DNA of 64,000 bases from Candidatus Electrothrix sp. GW3-4. Lineage in GTDB: Bacteria > Desulfobacterota > Desulfobulbia > Desulfobulbales > Desulfobulbaceae. Shown here one piece after another: positions 20,230 to 30,637 of this stretch; the first letter of the stretch is position 1; each line of letters starts with the position of its first letter. The stretch lies in the NCBI RefSeq assembly GCF_037902255.1, contig NZ_CP147990.1:674751-738750 (forward strand), written 5' to 3'. The translations under genes were made by a program, and so were the position numbers. Under the pieces are notes generated by a model, which saw only the letters and a program-made list of their open reading frames with translations, had not been told where the DNA came from and searched no databases.

Positions 20230-21972
20230 GTGATGTCGAGTAAAGGGGCCTGGGATGAGGTCAAGAACAGGGTCCGCGAGGCAGCGGATATTGTCCAGGT
20301 GATCGGTGAGCATGTGCAGCTGAAAAAGGCTGGGAATGCCTTTACCGGTCTTTGTCCCTTTCACGGAGAGAAAACATCGTCTTTTTCCGTTAATCCACAA
20401 CGGCAGTTTTTTCACTGTTTTGGTTGCCATGAGTCTGGTGACGTCTTCTCTTTTATGATGAAATATCATCATATGGCCTTTCCTGAAGCGCTTAAAGAGC
20501 TTGCCCGGCGCTATCAAATTGATCTTCCTGAGCGTAATCTCACCGATGTCCAGCGGGAGCGCATGCGGCAACGCGAGCAGCTCTATCAGGTCAATCAGGA
20601 GGCTGCTCGCATCTTTCATGAGACTCTTGTCTCGTCGCCCCAGGCTCAGGCGGCTCGGCAATATCTGCAAGAACGCGGGGTGCCGCAGGAGGCGATGGTG
20701 AAATACCAACTCGGCTACGCCCCTCCCCCTGAAAGCGGTGGTTGGCAGTTTCTTATCACTCGCTTGCAAAAGAAGAATTTTTCCGTGGCCGCTATTGAGC
20801 AGGCTGGCCTTGCTGTCCGCAAGGAGCAAGGGCGATACTATGATCGCTTTCGCGATCGTGTTCTCTTTCCTATCTATGATATGAGTGGCCGCGAGGTGGC
20901 CTTTGGCGGACGTATCCTTGGTCAGGGAAAACCCAAGTATATGAACTCCCCAGAGAGCATGGTTTTTGCCAAAGGGAGCCTTCTCTTTGGTCTCTATCAA
21001 CATCGTCAGGCCATTCGCTCTGCTCAACGTGCTATTGTGGTGGAGGGGAATTTTGATCTCCTGCTCTTGGCGGTTCACGGGATTGATAATGTGGTTGCGC
21101 CGCTGGGAACAGCTCTGACTCGGGAACATATTGAGGCCCTACGTCGATACTGTGATGAGGTGGTGCTCCTCTTTGATGGTGATTCCGCCGGGCTCCGAGC
21201 AGCACGGCGTTCCATCCCCTTTTTTCTCAGTGAACGGCTGGAGGCCAAGGTGGCGTTGCTGCCAACGGGACATGATCCTGATAGCCTGGTACGGGAAAAG
21301 GGCGTGGTTGTCGTTCGAAAGTTGATTGAAGAGGCGGATTCCCTTGCTGAGTTTGTTTTTTCCGCGCTCAAGGAAGAGCACGGGTTGACCCTGTCTGGCA
21401 AGAATCGGATTATAGCGGAATTGGCTGACCTGATGGAGCAGGCCACTGATGCAGATCAGCAGGAGTTAATGGCGGCCCATTTCGCTGAGCAACTTGGAGT
21501 CTCTCCTGACCGTTTTCTCATTGAACAAAAAGGGAGCGAGCAAGTTGCTCAAGCTTCTGAACACCCTGCTGATCATTATGCAGAGCAACAATGGGCTTCA
21601 GGGGAGGGAATGGTATTGCCACCCGATGAGGACTGGGGACAGTCGGGACCTCCTCCAGATGTGGAGGAAGAGGGCTGGGATGCGTATTCTCCCTTGGGAG
21701 CGGAGGAAAGATCAGCTTCCTTGTATGAGCTTCCCAAAAAACAGCGACAGTTGCTGGACTTTTTATTGCTGTACCCTGAGTATCTGCCGGATCTGCTTGC
21801 GGGTGGCCTTAAGGAGGCGCTGGATTCATCGCCTGTCATGGGGATTGTCGATGCAATGGAGCAGCTTGCTGCTGCCGGGAGTTATGCACCGGAGCAGTTG
21901 CTCTCCGTTGTTATATCACCTCAGGAGAGACAATATCTTGCTGAGCTGCTTATTCAGGGGGAGATCCTTTGA
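20230..21972 (+). CDS. dnaG: DNA primase DnaG (zinc finger + TOPRIM).
   Basis: CPFHGEKTSSFSVNPQRQFFHCFGCHESGD zinc ribbon and TOPRIM VVEGNFDLL. It appears to lack its extreme C-terminal domain (see the next feature). Confidence 0.9.
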   Translation: MMSSKGAWDEVKNRVREAADIVQVIGEHVQLKKAGNAFTGLCPFHGEKTSSFSVNPQRQFFHCFGCHESGDVFSFMMKYHHMAFPEALKELARRYQIDLPERNLTDVQRERMRQREQLYQVNQEAARIFHETLVSSPQAQAARQYLQERGVPQEAMVKYQLGYAPPPESGGWQFLITRLQKKNFSVAAIEQAGLAVRKEQGRYYDRFRDRVLFPIYDMSGREVAFGGRILGQGKPKYMNSPESMVFAKGSLLFGLYQHRQAIRSAQRAIVVEGNFDLLLLAVHGIDNVVAPLGTALTREHIEALRRYCDEVVLLFDGDSAGLRAARRSIPFFLSERLEAKVALLPTGHDPDSLVREKGVVVVRKLIEEADSLAEFVFSALKEEHGLTLSGKNRIIAELADLMEQATDADQQELMAAHFAEQLGVSPDRFLIEQKGSEQVAQASEHPADHYAEQQWASGEGMVLPPDEDWGQSGPPPDVEEEGWDAYSPLGAEERSASLYELPKKQRQLLDFLLLYPEYLPDLLAGGLKEALDSSPVMGIVDAMEQLAAAGSYAPEQLLSVVISPQERQYLAELLIQGEIL

Positions 21973-22178
21973 AGGATGCGGCAGAAGAGCAGGGCCGGGC
22001 GTTTTGTGACGAACTCCTTGTATGGCTCAAAAATATGCTGCAGCAGAGAGAGGGGGGGGCGTTGCAGAAGCAGATTCTTGCCGCCGAACAGGCAGGAGAT
22101 GACGTTCTTGTCAGTGAGTTGCAGAGAAAAAAGATGCTTGTGCTCCAGGGAAAAAAACGTCATGGGGATGGAGGTTGA
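21969..22178 (+). CDS. Probable C-terminal helicase-interaction tail of DnaG, displaced into the -1 frame.
   Basis: The frame opens at 21945 and overlaps the dnaG stop. A G5 run at 21957-21961 is the likely shift site. The product is helical and charged, like DnaG C-termini. Confidence 0.4.
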   Translation: MKDAAEEQGRAFCDELLVWLKNMLQQREGGALQKQILAAEQAGDDVLVSELQRKKMLVLQGKKRHGDGG

Positions 22179-22775
22179 TGCTCGTTGATATTTTTTTGAT
22201 AGGTGTTGAATTGTGCTACGTTGTGAGCTTAAAGGAAAATTTTTCTTTTGGGAATAAGCGGGTGTTTGCGGGTGTTGATTGTTGTTGATAATTGTTTGAA
22301 AAGTTATTATATTTTTTCTGTTAAATTGATAATGGAATTGTCAATTGTTAGGAAATGATTAGGAGAAAAAAGAGAAAAATTTTTTTTCGTGTAAAAAAAA
22401 CTGTACAAGGGGTGTAGTAAATTGTACATTGCAGAGTGAGGTAATGATGGTACTGCCTGTTTTTGGCAGTATTATGTGATGTTCTGATTTGTTTTTTTCA
22501 GGTTGAAAAGTTTGGTGCAAAATAGAATGGCTGGACGCCATCGGGTCAGGGCGACAAATGAAACGCATTTCGCTTGCCAGATGTCGAGATTTTGTGATGA
22601 ACTTTTTTCAATCTGCCGATCTGTGAAGCACAAGAGAAAGGGTTGAACGCTTTGGGCGGTGCAAAAAAAAATCGCCTTGGGTCGGAATAAACAAAAAGCC
22701 GCTTATGCAGGTCCACGGGGAGAGGGCATTGCTTAAGTGATTTCGGTTTTTTGATGATACGGAGGAGGTATCTAC

Positions 22776-24287
22776 GTGAAGAACCAGACAGGAAAATCTT
22801 CAGAAATCTACGAAGAAGAGGGCGCCAGTTTGTCAACTGATGAGGGTCAGGAAAAAGATGGCAAGGTCGTTGAGAGTGATCATAGGGATGCCTATAGTAT
22901 TGATCCTATGAATATTTATCTTCGTGAAATGGGCAGTCTTGATCTGCTCAGCTACGAGGAAGAAATCAAGCTGGCTCAGAAACTGGAAGAGGGGGAGGCA
23001 AGGATTCAGAATGCTGTTCTGCGTCTGACCCTGGGTATGAAGACCTTGAAAGGCCTGGAAAAAGGCCTGGAAAGGGGGAATATGCGTATCGGATCTGTTC
23101 TGAATGGAATATCCGATAGTGACGAAAAAGAGCTGGCAGCCGTCCGGACATCCTTCTTGAAAGGTATAGAAGAGGCGAAGAGGCTCAATCAGCGCCGGGT
23201 CGCTTTATTTGAAGAACTGCGAGCAACGGCAGGCGAAAGCGAGGAAAAAGCGCTGTGGCGGGAAATTCGGTCAGTCGGTCTACGGATAGTCGAGTTATTT
23301 CAACCGTACCGGATCAGCTCCAAAAAACTCCTTTCAACGGCAAAGGCAGTTGAGGAGTTTAATGAAAAGGTTAAAAAGGTTCGTGTACAAGCGCAAAGGG
23401 AGTCTTTGCTGGCTGCACATAGGGGAGAGGCTGAAAAAAACGCGCCAAGGAGAGTTGATAACGAGCAGCGAATTAACTTGGATTTAGCTGAAACCATCGG
23501 GCTGGACTACCAGAGTTTTGCCGAACTCTTTCAGGAAGTGAAGGCCGGAAAAGAGACTGTCAGAGAAGCGAAAAAGACCCTTGTACGGGCCAATCTGCGG
23601 CTGGTTATCTCTATTTCCAAGAAATTTCTCAATCGAGGGATGTTGCTTCCTGATCTGATTCAGGAGGGCAATATTGGCCTGATGAAGGCTGTTGAGAAAT
23701 ATGACTATAATCGGGGGTATAAATTTTCTACCTACGCTACATGGTGGATACGTCAGTCTATTAATCGCGGCATAGCTGATCAGGGAAGGACCATCAGATT
23801 GCCGGTGCATATGATTGAAGCTATTAATAGGATGCTTCGTTTTACCCGTGATTTTCAGCGGATAGAAAGTAGAGAGCCCAGCCTGGAAGAAATGGCGGAT
23901 CAGCTGGATACGGATGTGGAGTATGTGCATGCCGCATTAAAGACAGCACGTGACGCGATCTCTCTTGATGCACCTGTGGGTGATGAAGAAGACACCATGC
24001 TCAGTGATTTTATTGTTGATGAACTCAATCCTGGACCGCAGGACTTTTCCATTACAGAAAGTCTGAAACGTTGTCTTGCCAAGGTGATGGGTGAGTTGAC
24101 TGAGCGTGAAGAACAGGTGCTTCGCATGCGATATGGTATTGAGGTCGGCTGTGACCATACCCTGGAGGAAGTGGGGCAGCGTTTTGACGTGACCCGCGAA
24201 AGGATTCGTCAGATTGAGGCGCAGGCTATCAAGAAATTGCGCCATCCTTCCCGAAGTAAATACCTCGAACCGTTTATGTCTGACTGA
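22776..24287 (+). CDS. rpoD: RNA polymerase sigma-70 factor RpoD.
   Basis: Regions 1.2-4 present. [29 protein letters not shown] in region 2.4/3. GTG start. A 600-bp AT-rich leader lies upstream. Confidence 0.9.
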   Translation: MKNQTGKSSEIYEEEGASLSTDEGQEKDGKVVESDHRDAYSIDPMNIYLREMGSLDLLSYEEEIKLAQKLEEGEARIQNAVLRLTLGMKTLKGLEKGLERGNMRIGSVLNGISDSDEKELAAVRTSFLKGIEEAKRLNQRRVALFEELRATAGESEEKALWREIRSVGLRIVELFQPYRISSKKLLSTAKAVEEFNEKVKKVRVQAQRESLLAAHRGEAEKNAPRRVDNEQRINLDLAETIGLDYQSFAELFQEVKAGKETVREAKKTLVRANLRLVISISKKFLNRGMLLPDLIQEGNIGLMKAVEKYDYNRGYKFSTYATWWIRQSINRGIADQGRTIRLPVHMIEAINRMLRFTRDFQRIESREPSLEEMADQLDTDVEYVHAALKTARDAISLDAPVGDEEDTMLSDFIVDELNPGPQDFSITESLKRCLAKVMGELTEREEQVLRMRYGIEVGCDHTLEEVGQRFDVTRERIRQIEAQAIKKLRHPSRSKYLEPFMSD

Positions 24288-24302
24288 TATCATCGCTGCC
24301 GA

Positions 24303-25454
24303 ATGGAGGGACGTAATGATATCCAAGACTGGCTGGCATTAATTGCCCTCCCTGGCCTTGGATGCGTCCTTGCCCGGCGCCTGCTTGCAGCCTTCGGAAC
24401 ACCTGGCAAGGTGCTGAAGGCTGGCAAGGCGGTTGCCGAGGTTCCTGGTATTGGCAGAAATCTGGTTGAACTTTTTTCTAGCCCATCCCGGCTGGACAAG
24501 GCCCGCTTCTGGGCTGAACAGGAATGCGTTCGCGTTCATGCACAAGGCATTCAGCTGCTCTGCTGTGATGACCCCCTTTATCCCTCTCTTCTCCTTAATA
24601 TCCACGATTACCCTCTTCTTCTCTATTGCCTAGGGAATATTGATTGTCTTTGTCTTCCGGCGGTTGCGGTGGTTGGGTCCCGTACGCCAACAAATTACGG
24701 GAAAGGCGTGAGTGTTACCCTTGCTCAGCAACTTGTCAGGAAGGGGCTTGTTGTGGTCAGTGGGCTTGCCAAGGGAATTGATGGGCAGGCGCATATCGGT
24801 GCGCTTGAGGCGGGGGGAAAAACAATAGCCGTCCTCGGATGCGGTCTGGATGTTGTCTATCCAGGCGCGCACGGTCCTCTGTATAAACAGATCGGCGAAC
24901 AGGGATTGCTTATGAGTGAGTATCCCCTTGGTAGCCCACCAGAGGGATTCCGCTTTCCTGCCCGTAACCGCATTGTCAGTGGCCTTTCCTTGGGTGTTGT
25001 TATTGTCGAGGCTGCTGTCCGCTCCGGGGCATTGATCACAGCTAGGCTTGCCCTGGAGCAGAATAGGGAGGTCTTTGCTGTGCCAGGCAGAATTGACTCG
25101 CCAAAGAGCTCAGGGCCGCACGGTTTACTGCGACAGGGCGCTACCCTGGTCTGCTCTGTCGAAGATATTCTTGCCGAATTACCACCAGTGCTTCCTTCAC
25201 AAGAAAGTGATCAGGTTCCTGCTCATAACGCCACTCCTCCCGTTGTCCCAAAAGATAAAACCATCGCCCTCCCTGATGATCTTTCTGAAGAAGAAAGGGC
25301 CTTGATGTCTGCCATGAAGGGGGGCTCGATAGATATTGAGCAGTTGTCTGAACTCTCTGCTTTGCCTCTGAATACTCTTCATGTCCTTCTTCTTGGCCTT
25401 GAGCTCCGCGGTTTGATTCGGCAGCTTCCGGGTCAACAGTACGTCCGATCTTAA
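24303..25454 (+). CDS. dprA: DNA-processing protein DprA (Smf).
   Basis: Rossmann-like GSRTPTNYG…GLAKGIDGQAH…GCGLDVVYP. C-terminal wHTH-like tail. Confidence 0.85.
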   Translation: MEGRNDIQDWLALIALPGLGCVLARRLLAAFGTPGKVLKAGKAVAEVPGIGRNLVELFSSPSRLDKARFWAEQECVRVHAQGIQLLCCDDPLYPSLLLNIHDYPLLLYCLGNIDCLCLPAVAVVGSRTPTNYGKGVSVTLAQQLVRKGLVVVSGLAKGIDGQAHIGALEAGGKTIAVLGCGLDVVYPGAHGPLYKQIGEQGLLMSEYPLGSPPEGFRFPARNRIVSGLSLGVVIVEAAVRSGALITARLALEQNREVFAVPGRIDSPKSSGPHGLLRQGATLVCSVEDILAELPPVLPSQESDQVPAHNATPPVVPKDKTIALPDDLSEEERALMSAMKGGSIDIEQLSELSALPLNTLHVLLLGLELRGLIRQLPGQQYVRS

Positions 25455-25660
25455 TAGGAACTGTTTGCATTAGTTGTCGGCGCATGATATTTTTTTAATA
25501 AAGCGCAGTATATTTTTCAGGATATAAGGCGGTTGCCTTGCGGAAACCTATTGTCTATGCTTTAGTACCAAGAGCCCTTTTTATGCCAAGGCGTTGGCTG
25601 GGCACATTGACCGCCGTAAAAGTAGCTGCATTTACTCATTATTACCTGGAGGAAGATTTT

Positions 25661-26449
25661 ATGTATGTTCTCACATTTCGGATTGTCGCTTTGCTGGCAG
25701 TCCTTATGACGATGGCTTTTCCCCCGCACGCGCAGGCTGCGGAAAGTATGTCTGAATTGGTCAACAGAGCAGGGATGCAGCGTATGTTGTCGCAGAGGAT
25801 CGCTAAGGCCTATTTTTATCTCGGCAATGATGTCTCTGTAAAAGAGACCAAGCTCCAGCTGGATATGGCCATTGAGCGATTTCAAAAGAATCATGCCCTG
25901 CTGAAGGCAAACGTGCAGGATGCAGAGACCAAGGAGCTGCTCTCCTTTGTAGAAGATAATTTTTCCCAATATCTTGATTTGGTGACGAAACCCTATAACC
26001 AGGAAAACGCAACTCGCGTTTTGGCCTTAAGCGAAGCCCTGCTGGAGGTCTGTCATTCAGTTGTTCTTAATCTTGAAGATCAGTCAGGTGCCCATGATGA
26101 TCATATTATTAATATTTCAGGTAAACAGCGCATGCTCTCCCAGCGGGTCTCAAAGTTTTATATTGCCTATCAGGCCGGATTCCGGGACGATAACACGGTG
26201 CATAGTTTGAATAATGCTATTGAAGAGTTTGAGTCTGGCCTGAAAAAATTGATGAATGAAGGGCGTAACACTGAGGAAATTGATGCCCTGCTTACGAAGA
26301 TTAAAACAGAGTGGGAGAGGATTTCTCCGTATTTTCTCAAGGTCCGCAAGGGTGGCCTGCTGCTCATGGTACTGACAACGACTGACGATCTTACCAAGAT
26401 GTCAGATCGGCTGACTAAGCTGTATGTTGATAAAATTGTTGCCAAATAG
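25661..26449 (+). CDS. Secreted protein with two PilJ-N/NarX-type periplasmic four-helix-bundle sensor domains (NxAGxQRMLSQR motif x2).
   Basis: Signal peptide. GMQRMLSQRIAKAYFYLG and GKQRMLSQRVSKFYIAYQ P-box-like motifs. No transmitter domain. Confidence 0.7.
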   Translation: MYVLTFRIVALLAVLMTMAFPPHAQAAESMSELVNRAGMQRMLSQRIAKAYFYLGNDVSVKETKLQLDMAIERFQKNHALLKANVQDAETKELLSFVEDNFSQYLDLVTKPYNQENATRVLALSEALLEVCHSVVLNLEDQSGAHDDHIINISGKQRMLSQRVSKFYIAYQAGFRDDNTVHSLNNAIEEFESGLKKLMNEGRNTEEIDALLTKIKTEWERISPYFLKVRKGGLLLMVLTTTDDLTKMSDRLTKLYVDKIVAK

Positions 26450-26585
26450 GAGCGGTAATCCCTCTTTTACTTTGTAACTCCTTTGAACTGGTTGGGCGAT
26501 AGACAATATGATGTCTGCTGGATAATGTGAGCCCATGTCCGTCGCTATATCGCTGCACTATACTTTCCACCTGGAGGAAGATTTT

Positions 26586-27380
26586 ATGTATGTTTTCACA
26601 CTTCGGATTGTCGTTTTGCTGGCAGTCGTTATGACGATGCCTTTTCTCCCGCACGCGCAGGCAGACGAAAATATGTCTGAATTGGTCAATAAATCAGGAA
26701 TGCAACGGATGCTGTCGCAGCGGATTGCCAAGGCCTATTTCTATCTCGGTAATGATATTTCTGCGAGAGAAACGAAGTTGCAATTGAATATGGCAATTGA
26801 GCGGTTTAAAAAGAATCATGCCCTTTTGAAGGAAAAAGTACAAGATAGCGAAACAAAGGATCTTCTCTCTTTTGTTGAGGAGACCCTTTCCGAATACAGT
26901 GATTTGGTCAATAAACCGTATAGTCAAGAGAATGCGGCTCGCGTCTTGGCCTTAAGTGATACCCTGCTGGAGGTCTGTCATTCAGTTGTTCTTAATCTTG
27001 AAGATCAGTCAGGGGAGCATGTGGATCATATCGTTAATATTTCGGGTAAACAACGTATGCTCTCTCAGCGGGTCGCAAAATTTTATATTGCCTATCAGAC
27101 CGGATTCCGGGATGAGGATACTGTTCATAAGTTGAATAATGCTGTTGAGGAGTTTGAGACAGGGTTAAAAGAACTTATGAGTGAAGGTCGTAATGATCGA
27201 GAAATAAACGATCTTCTTGTCAAAGTAGAAAAAGAATGGGAAAGAATCTCCCCGTTTTTTCTCAAGGTTCGGGAAGGTGGCCTACCGATCATGGTGTTGA
27301 CAGCGACTGATGAGATCACCAAACTGGCGGACCGAATTACTTCTCTCTATGTAGAGACTGTTGGCAAAGAGGGCAGGTAG
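26586..27380 (+). CDS. Tandem paralog of the preceding PilJ-N double-domain protein (~75% identity).
   Basis: Same architecture. The duplicated RBS/start context CCTGGAGGAAGATTTTATGTATGTT is also repeated. Confidence 0.7.
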   Translation: MYVFTLRIVVLLAVVMTMPFLPHAQADENMSELVNKSGMQRMLSQRIAKAYFYLGNDISARETKLQLNMAIERFKKNHALLKEKVQDSETKDLLSFVEETLSEYSDLVNKPYSQENAARVLALSDTLLEVCHSVVLNLEDQSGEHVDHIVNISGKQRMLSQRVAKFYIAYQTGFRDEDTVHKLNNAVEEFETGLKELMSEGRNDREINDLLVKVEKEWERISPFFLKVREGGLPIMVLTATDEITKLADRITSLYVETVGKEGR

Positions 27381-27749
27381 CTTAGCTTCTTTTTTGTTCA
27401 GCAACTCCTCTGGGTGATGGGTGATCTGGGTGATTTTTTCCAGTGTAGCCCACTATACAAGGCGTGATTCCTCCCCAGCTTCCTTTGGCGCAGGGGGGCA
27501 TGTCCCTTGGCGTTTTGACAGTTTTTGTTTTCTTTTGTCTTCTGGTTCCCTTCCATGCTGTTTTCCCCACTGACAGCATGGAGCGTGAGAGGTCGCTCCC
27601 ATCCTTTGTTTGGAAAGGATTACAGAATGAGGGAGGGCGCGTAGGGAGCTTGCTGTTGTGCGCGTTATGTAGTATAGGTTGAAAAACTGACTGTCCCATG
27701 ATAATCAGGAGCAAAACGAGATAAAAAACAGATCTAGAGAACAGCACCT

Positions 27750-28784
27750 ATGAAATACTCCCGCGTCTGCCTTCACAGCTTTGGCTATGAATTGCCGCCC
27801 AATATAGTGACCTCGGCTGATCTTGAGCAACAGCTCTCGTCCGTCTATAGACGGTTGAAGCTCCCGGAAGGCCGTCTTGAGTTGATGAGCGGTATCCGCA
27901 GCCGACGATTTTGGAATCCAGAAACCCTCCCCAGTGAAGGAGCTATTCTTGCCGGACGCAAGGCCCTGCTTGCCTCGGGACTCACCGCCTCTGATATTGA
28001 TTTTATGGTCTTCACCTCGGTGAGTCGGGATATGATGGAGCCTGCCACGGCCTCTTTTGTCCATCATGGTCTCGGGTTGGGGAGCCGTTGCCAGATATTT
28101 GATATCTCCAATGCCTGTCTTGGTTTCCTCAACGGTATGCTCATGCTGGCCAATATGATTGAGCTGGGCCAGGTCCGCTACGGTTTGATTGTGGCCTCTG
28201 AGACGGCCGAGGATTTGGTTTGTTCCACTATTGAGCAGCTGCAGACAGATGACACCCTGACCCGCAAGACCATCAAGCCTGCCTTTGCTTCGTTGACTAT
28301 CGGTTCAGGGGCCGTTGCCCTGGTTATGGGCTCAAAGAAGGTTCAAGATACCGGCCACCGGCTGGTTGGCGGCTCCTGGCGGGCCAATACCCGTCATAAT
28401 GATCTTTGCCACGGGGGACAGAATGGAGGGGATGGTACCTTGATGAGCACGGATTCTGAGGTCCTGCTGGAAAAAGGGGTTGAAACAGCGGAGTTCTGCT
28501 GGCAGGATTTTCAAAAAGAAACCGGTTGGAGCAAGGAAAAGGTCGATCGTTTTTTCTGTCATCAGGTCGGACAGGCCCATGCAAAGAAGCTGTTCTCCAC
28601 CCTTGAGCTTGATCCTGAACGGAATTTTGAGACCTTGCCAGTGCTGGGCAATGTGGGATCGGTGTCTGCACCCATCACAATGGCTATGGGGATAGAAAAA
28701 GGTAAGCTTAAACAGGGGCAGCGGGGAGCGTTATTGGGAATCGGTTCCGGGATCAACTCGGTGATGCTGGGGATTGAGTGGTAA
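27750..28784 (+). CDS. oleA: OleA-type thiolase (FabH-like head-to-head condensing enzyme of olefin biosynthesis).
   Basis: FabH fold with IFDISNACLGFLNGM active-site Cys and GIGSGINSVM C-terminus. Strong resemblance to remembered OleA sequences. Overlaps the oleB start. Confidence 0.6.
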   Translation: MKYSRVCLHSFGYELPPNIVTSADLEQQLSSVYRRLKLPEGRLELMSGIRSRRFWNPETLPSEGAILAGRKALLASGLTASDIDFMVFTSVSRDMMEPATASFVHHGLGLGSRCQIFDISNACLGFLNGMLMLANMIELGQVRYGLIVASETAEDLVCSTIEQLQTDDTLTRKTIKPAFASLTIGSGAVALVMGSKKVQDTGHRLVGGSWRANTRHNDLCHGGQNGGDGTLMSTDSEVLLEKGVETAEFCWQDFQKETGWSKEKVDRFFCHQVGQAHAKKLFSTLELDPERNFETLPVLGNVGSVSAPITMAMGIEKGKLKQGQRGALLGIGSGINSVMLGIEW

Positions 28785-29662
28785 TGGAACGTTTTTCCTC
28801 CGGGCTTGCCCAGTATCCTTTTACCCCAAAGACCTTCCAAACAGCTGACGGACATCAGCTTTCCTATCTTGATGAGGGGACTGGGCCGACCGTGGTCATG
28901 GCCCACGGCAATCCCTCCTGGTCCTATCTGTACCGCAATCTGGTGACAGCATTAAAGTCCGATTACCGTTGCCTGGTACCGGATCATCTGGGCTGTGGCC
29001 TTTCTGATAAACCGCAGGACTATCCCTACCTTCTCCAAAATCATATCGATAATTTTACGGCCCTGCTTGATAACCAGGGTATTGAACGCTGTGTCCTGGT
29101 GGTCCATGACTGGGGTGGGGCCATCGGGATGGGCTGGGCCGGACAATATCCTGAACGGGTGGCCGGGCTGGTGGTGCTCAACACGGCGGCTTTCCACTCC
29201 CGTCACATCCCCCTGCGGATCGCGGTGTGCCGTTGGCCCCTCCTTGGTGCCCTGCTCGTCCGGGGTCTGAATGGTTTTGCCCTGCCTGCCACCTTTATGG
29301 CAGTGCGCAAGCGGATGCAGCCCGAGATCAAGGCCAGCTTTCTTGCCCCCTATAATAACTGGGCCAGGCGGGTAGCGGTCCATGGTTTTGTCCAGGATAT
29401 TCCCTTGCAAGCCAGCCATCCCTCTTGGAACAGCCTGAGCCGGGTGGAGGATTCTCTTACGCAGCTTCAGGATAAACCTATGCTCATCTGCTGGGGCGGA
29501 AAAGACTTCTGCTTTAATGATCATTTCTATGCCGAGTGGCGCCGACGTTTTCCACATGCAGAGGCCCATTATTTCCCAGAGGCTGGCCATTATGTGCTGG
29601 AAGATGCCCTGCCCCAGGTGTTGGAACAGCTTCAGCCCTTTCTTCTCCGCTGCCATGTCTAA
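28778..29662 (+). CDS. oleB: OleB-type alpha/beta hydrolase (haloalkane-dehalogenase-like; beta-lactone decarboxylase).
   Basis: HGNPSWSYLYRNLV and VVHDWGGAIG motifs. Translationally coupled to oleA. Confidence 0.6.
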   Translation: MVMERFSSGLAQYPFTPKTFQTADGHQLSYLDEGTGPTVVMAHGNPSWSYLYRNLVTALKSDYRCLVPDHLGCGLSDKPQDYPYLLQNHIDNFTALLDNQGIERCVLVVHDWGGAIGMGWAGQYPERVAGLVVLNTAAFHSRHIPLRIAVCRWPLLGALLVRGLNGFALPATFMAVRKRMQPEIKASFLAPYNNWARRVAVHGFVQDIPLQASHPSWNSLSRVEDSLTQLQDKPMLICWGGKDFCFNDHFYAEWRRRFPHAEAHYFPEAGHYVLEDALPQVLEQLQPFLLRCHV

Positions 29663-29706
29663 CCCCACATGGCGCTCCCTGTTGCCTGCCATGGTGATCG
29701 AAAAAG

Positions 29707-30168
29707 ATGCAGAATAAGTTTCTCGGTACGGGAGAACAGGGCTTTCGCCCGATCCGCAAGATCCGGGTGGCCTTATCAGGTCTCCGTTATGCTGTCCTCT
29801 TTGATTTTGCGGTTGGCTATAAGGTCGTCCTGTCCGCCGTGACCCTGGCAGGCTGCTTTTACTACCGCCAATGGCTGGACTTCAGCATGGTCTTTATGGC
29901 CACTGGCTTTATGCTGGCCTCAGAGATGTTCAACACCACGGTTGAGGCGCTTTGTGATTTTCTGGAGCCCCATGAGAATGAACGGATAGCCATTATTAAG
30001 GATATCTCGGCTGCGGCTGCGGGTGTCAGTATCCTGGTCTGGTGTCTTGTTCTCGGTATTGAAGCTGTGCAGGTATTCCGTCACATTGACAGATCTCCCC
30101 TTGTTTATCTTGATCCTACATTCCGCATACCCCTTACCCATTTTCAGAATATAGTCTCAACTTTCTGA
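29707..30168 (+). CDS. Diacylglycerol kinase (DgkA) family membrane protein.
   Basis: ASEMFNTTVEALCDFLEPHENERIAIIKDISAAAAGV matches the DgkA catalytic motif. Three TM helices. Confidence 0.65.
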   Translation: MQNKFLGTGEQGFRPIRKIRVALSGLRYAVLFDFAVGYKVVLSAVTLAGCFYYRQWLDFSMVFMATGFMLASEMFNTTVEALCDFLEPHENERIAIIKDISAAAAGVSILVWCLVLGIEAVQVFRHIDRSPLVYLDPTFRIPLTHFQNIVSTF

Positions 30169-30556
30169 CTTGATCTATCACGTTGAGTTTGCGGAGGTGA
30201 ATGACAGTAGCAGCCTCGTCAATTATTGATTACACTACGCTCATTTGCAATTGTTTGATGAAGAAGTGCAATGATTTTAAAAGGGTTTTTCTCTGTTAAA
30301 AATGGAGACTTTGCTCTTTTTGATAGTTATAACAGAATATTGATCAGCTCAGAAAGTTGAGATATAGTCTTTCATATCTCCCACCCAACAGCTTGAGCAG
30401 ACGGTGCTCATATTTCGACCAAGTTGTTTGCGTTCCGAATGGTTAGATATCAGCGACTGTCCTCCATTCTCTCTTGACAGAAGAAAGACAGCGTTTTAGT
30501 CTTCAATTTATAGTTTTTCTGTAGTTATCTTTAATATTCAGGAAAGGAGAACTGCT

Positions 30557-30634
30557 ATGGCAACTATCATCGGAGGTACGGTTTCCCCATCAGGATCCCT
30601 ACCTTTTCCTCTCTTCAAGATAAAGGCGGTTTGA
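30557..30634 (+). CDS. Candidate 25-aa peptide MATIIGGTVSPSGSLPFPLFKIKAV with a strong RBS.
   Basis: GGAAAGGAGAACTGCT precedes the ATG. It ends 3 nt before the next ORF's start. Confidence 0.25.
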   Translation: MATIIGGTVSPSGSLPFPLFKIKAV

Positions 30635-30637
30635 GGT

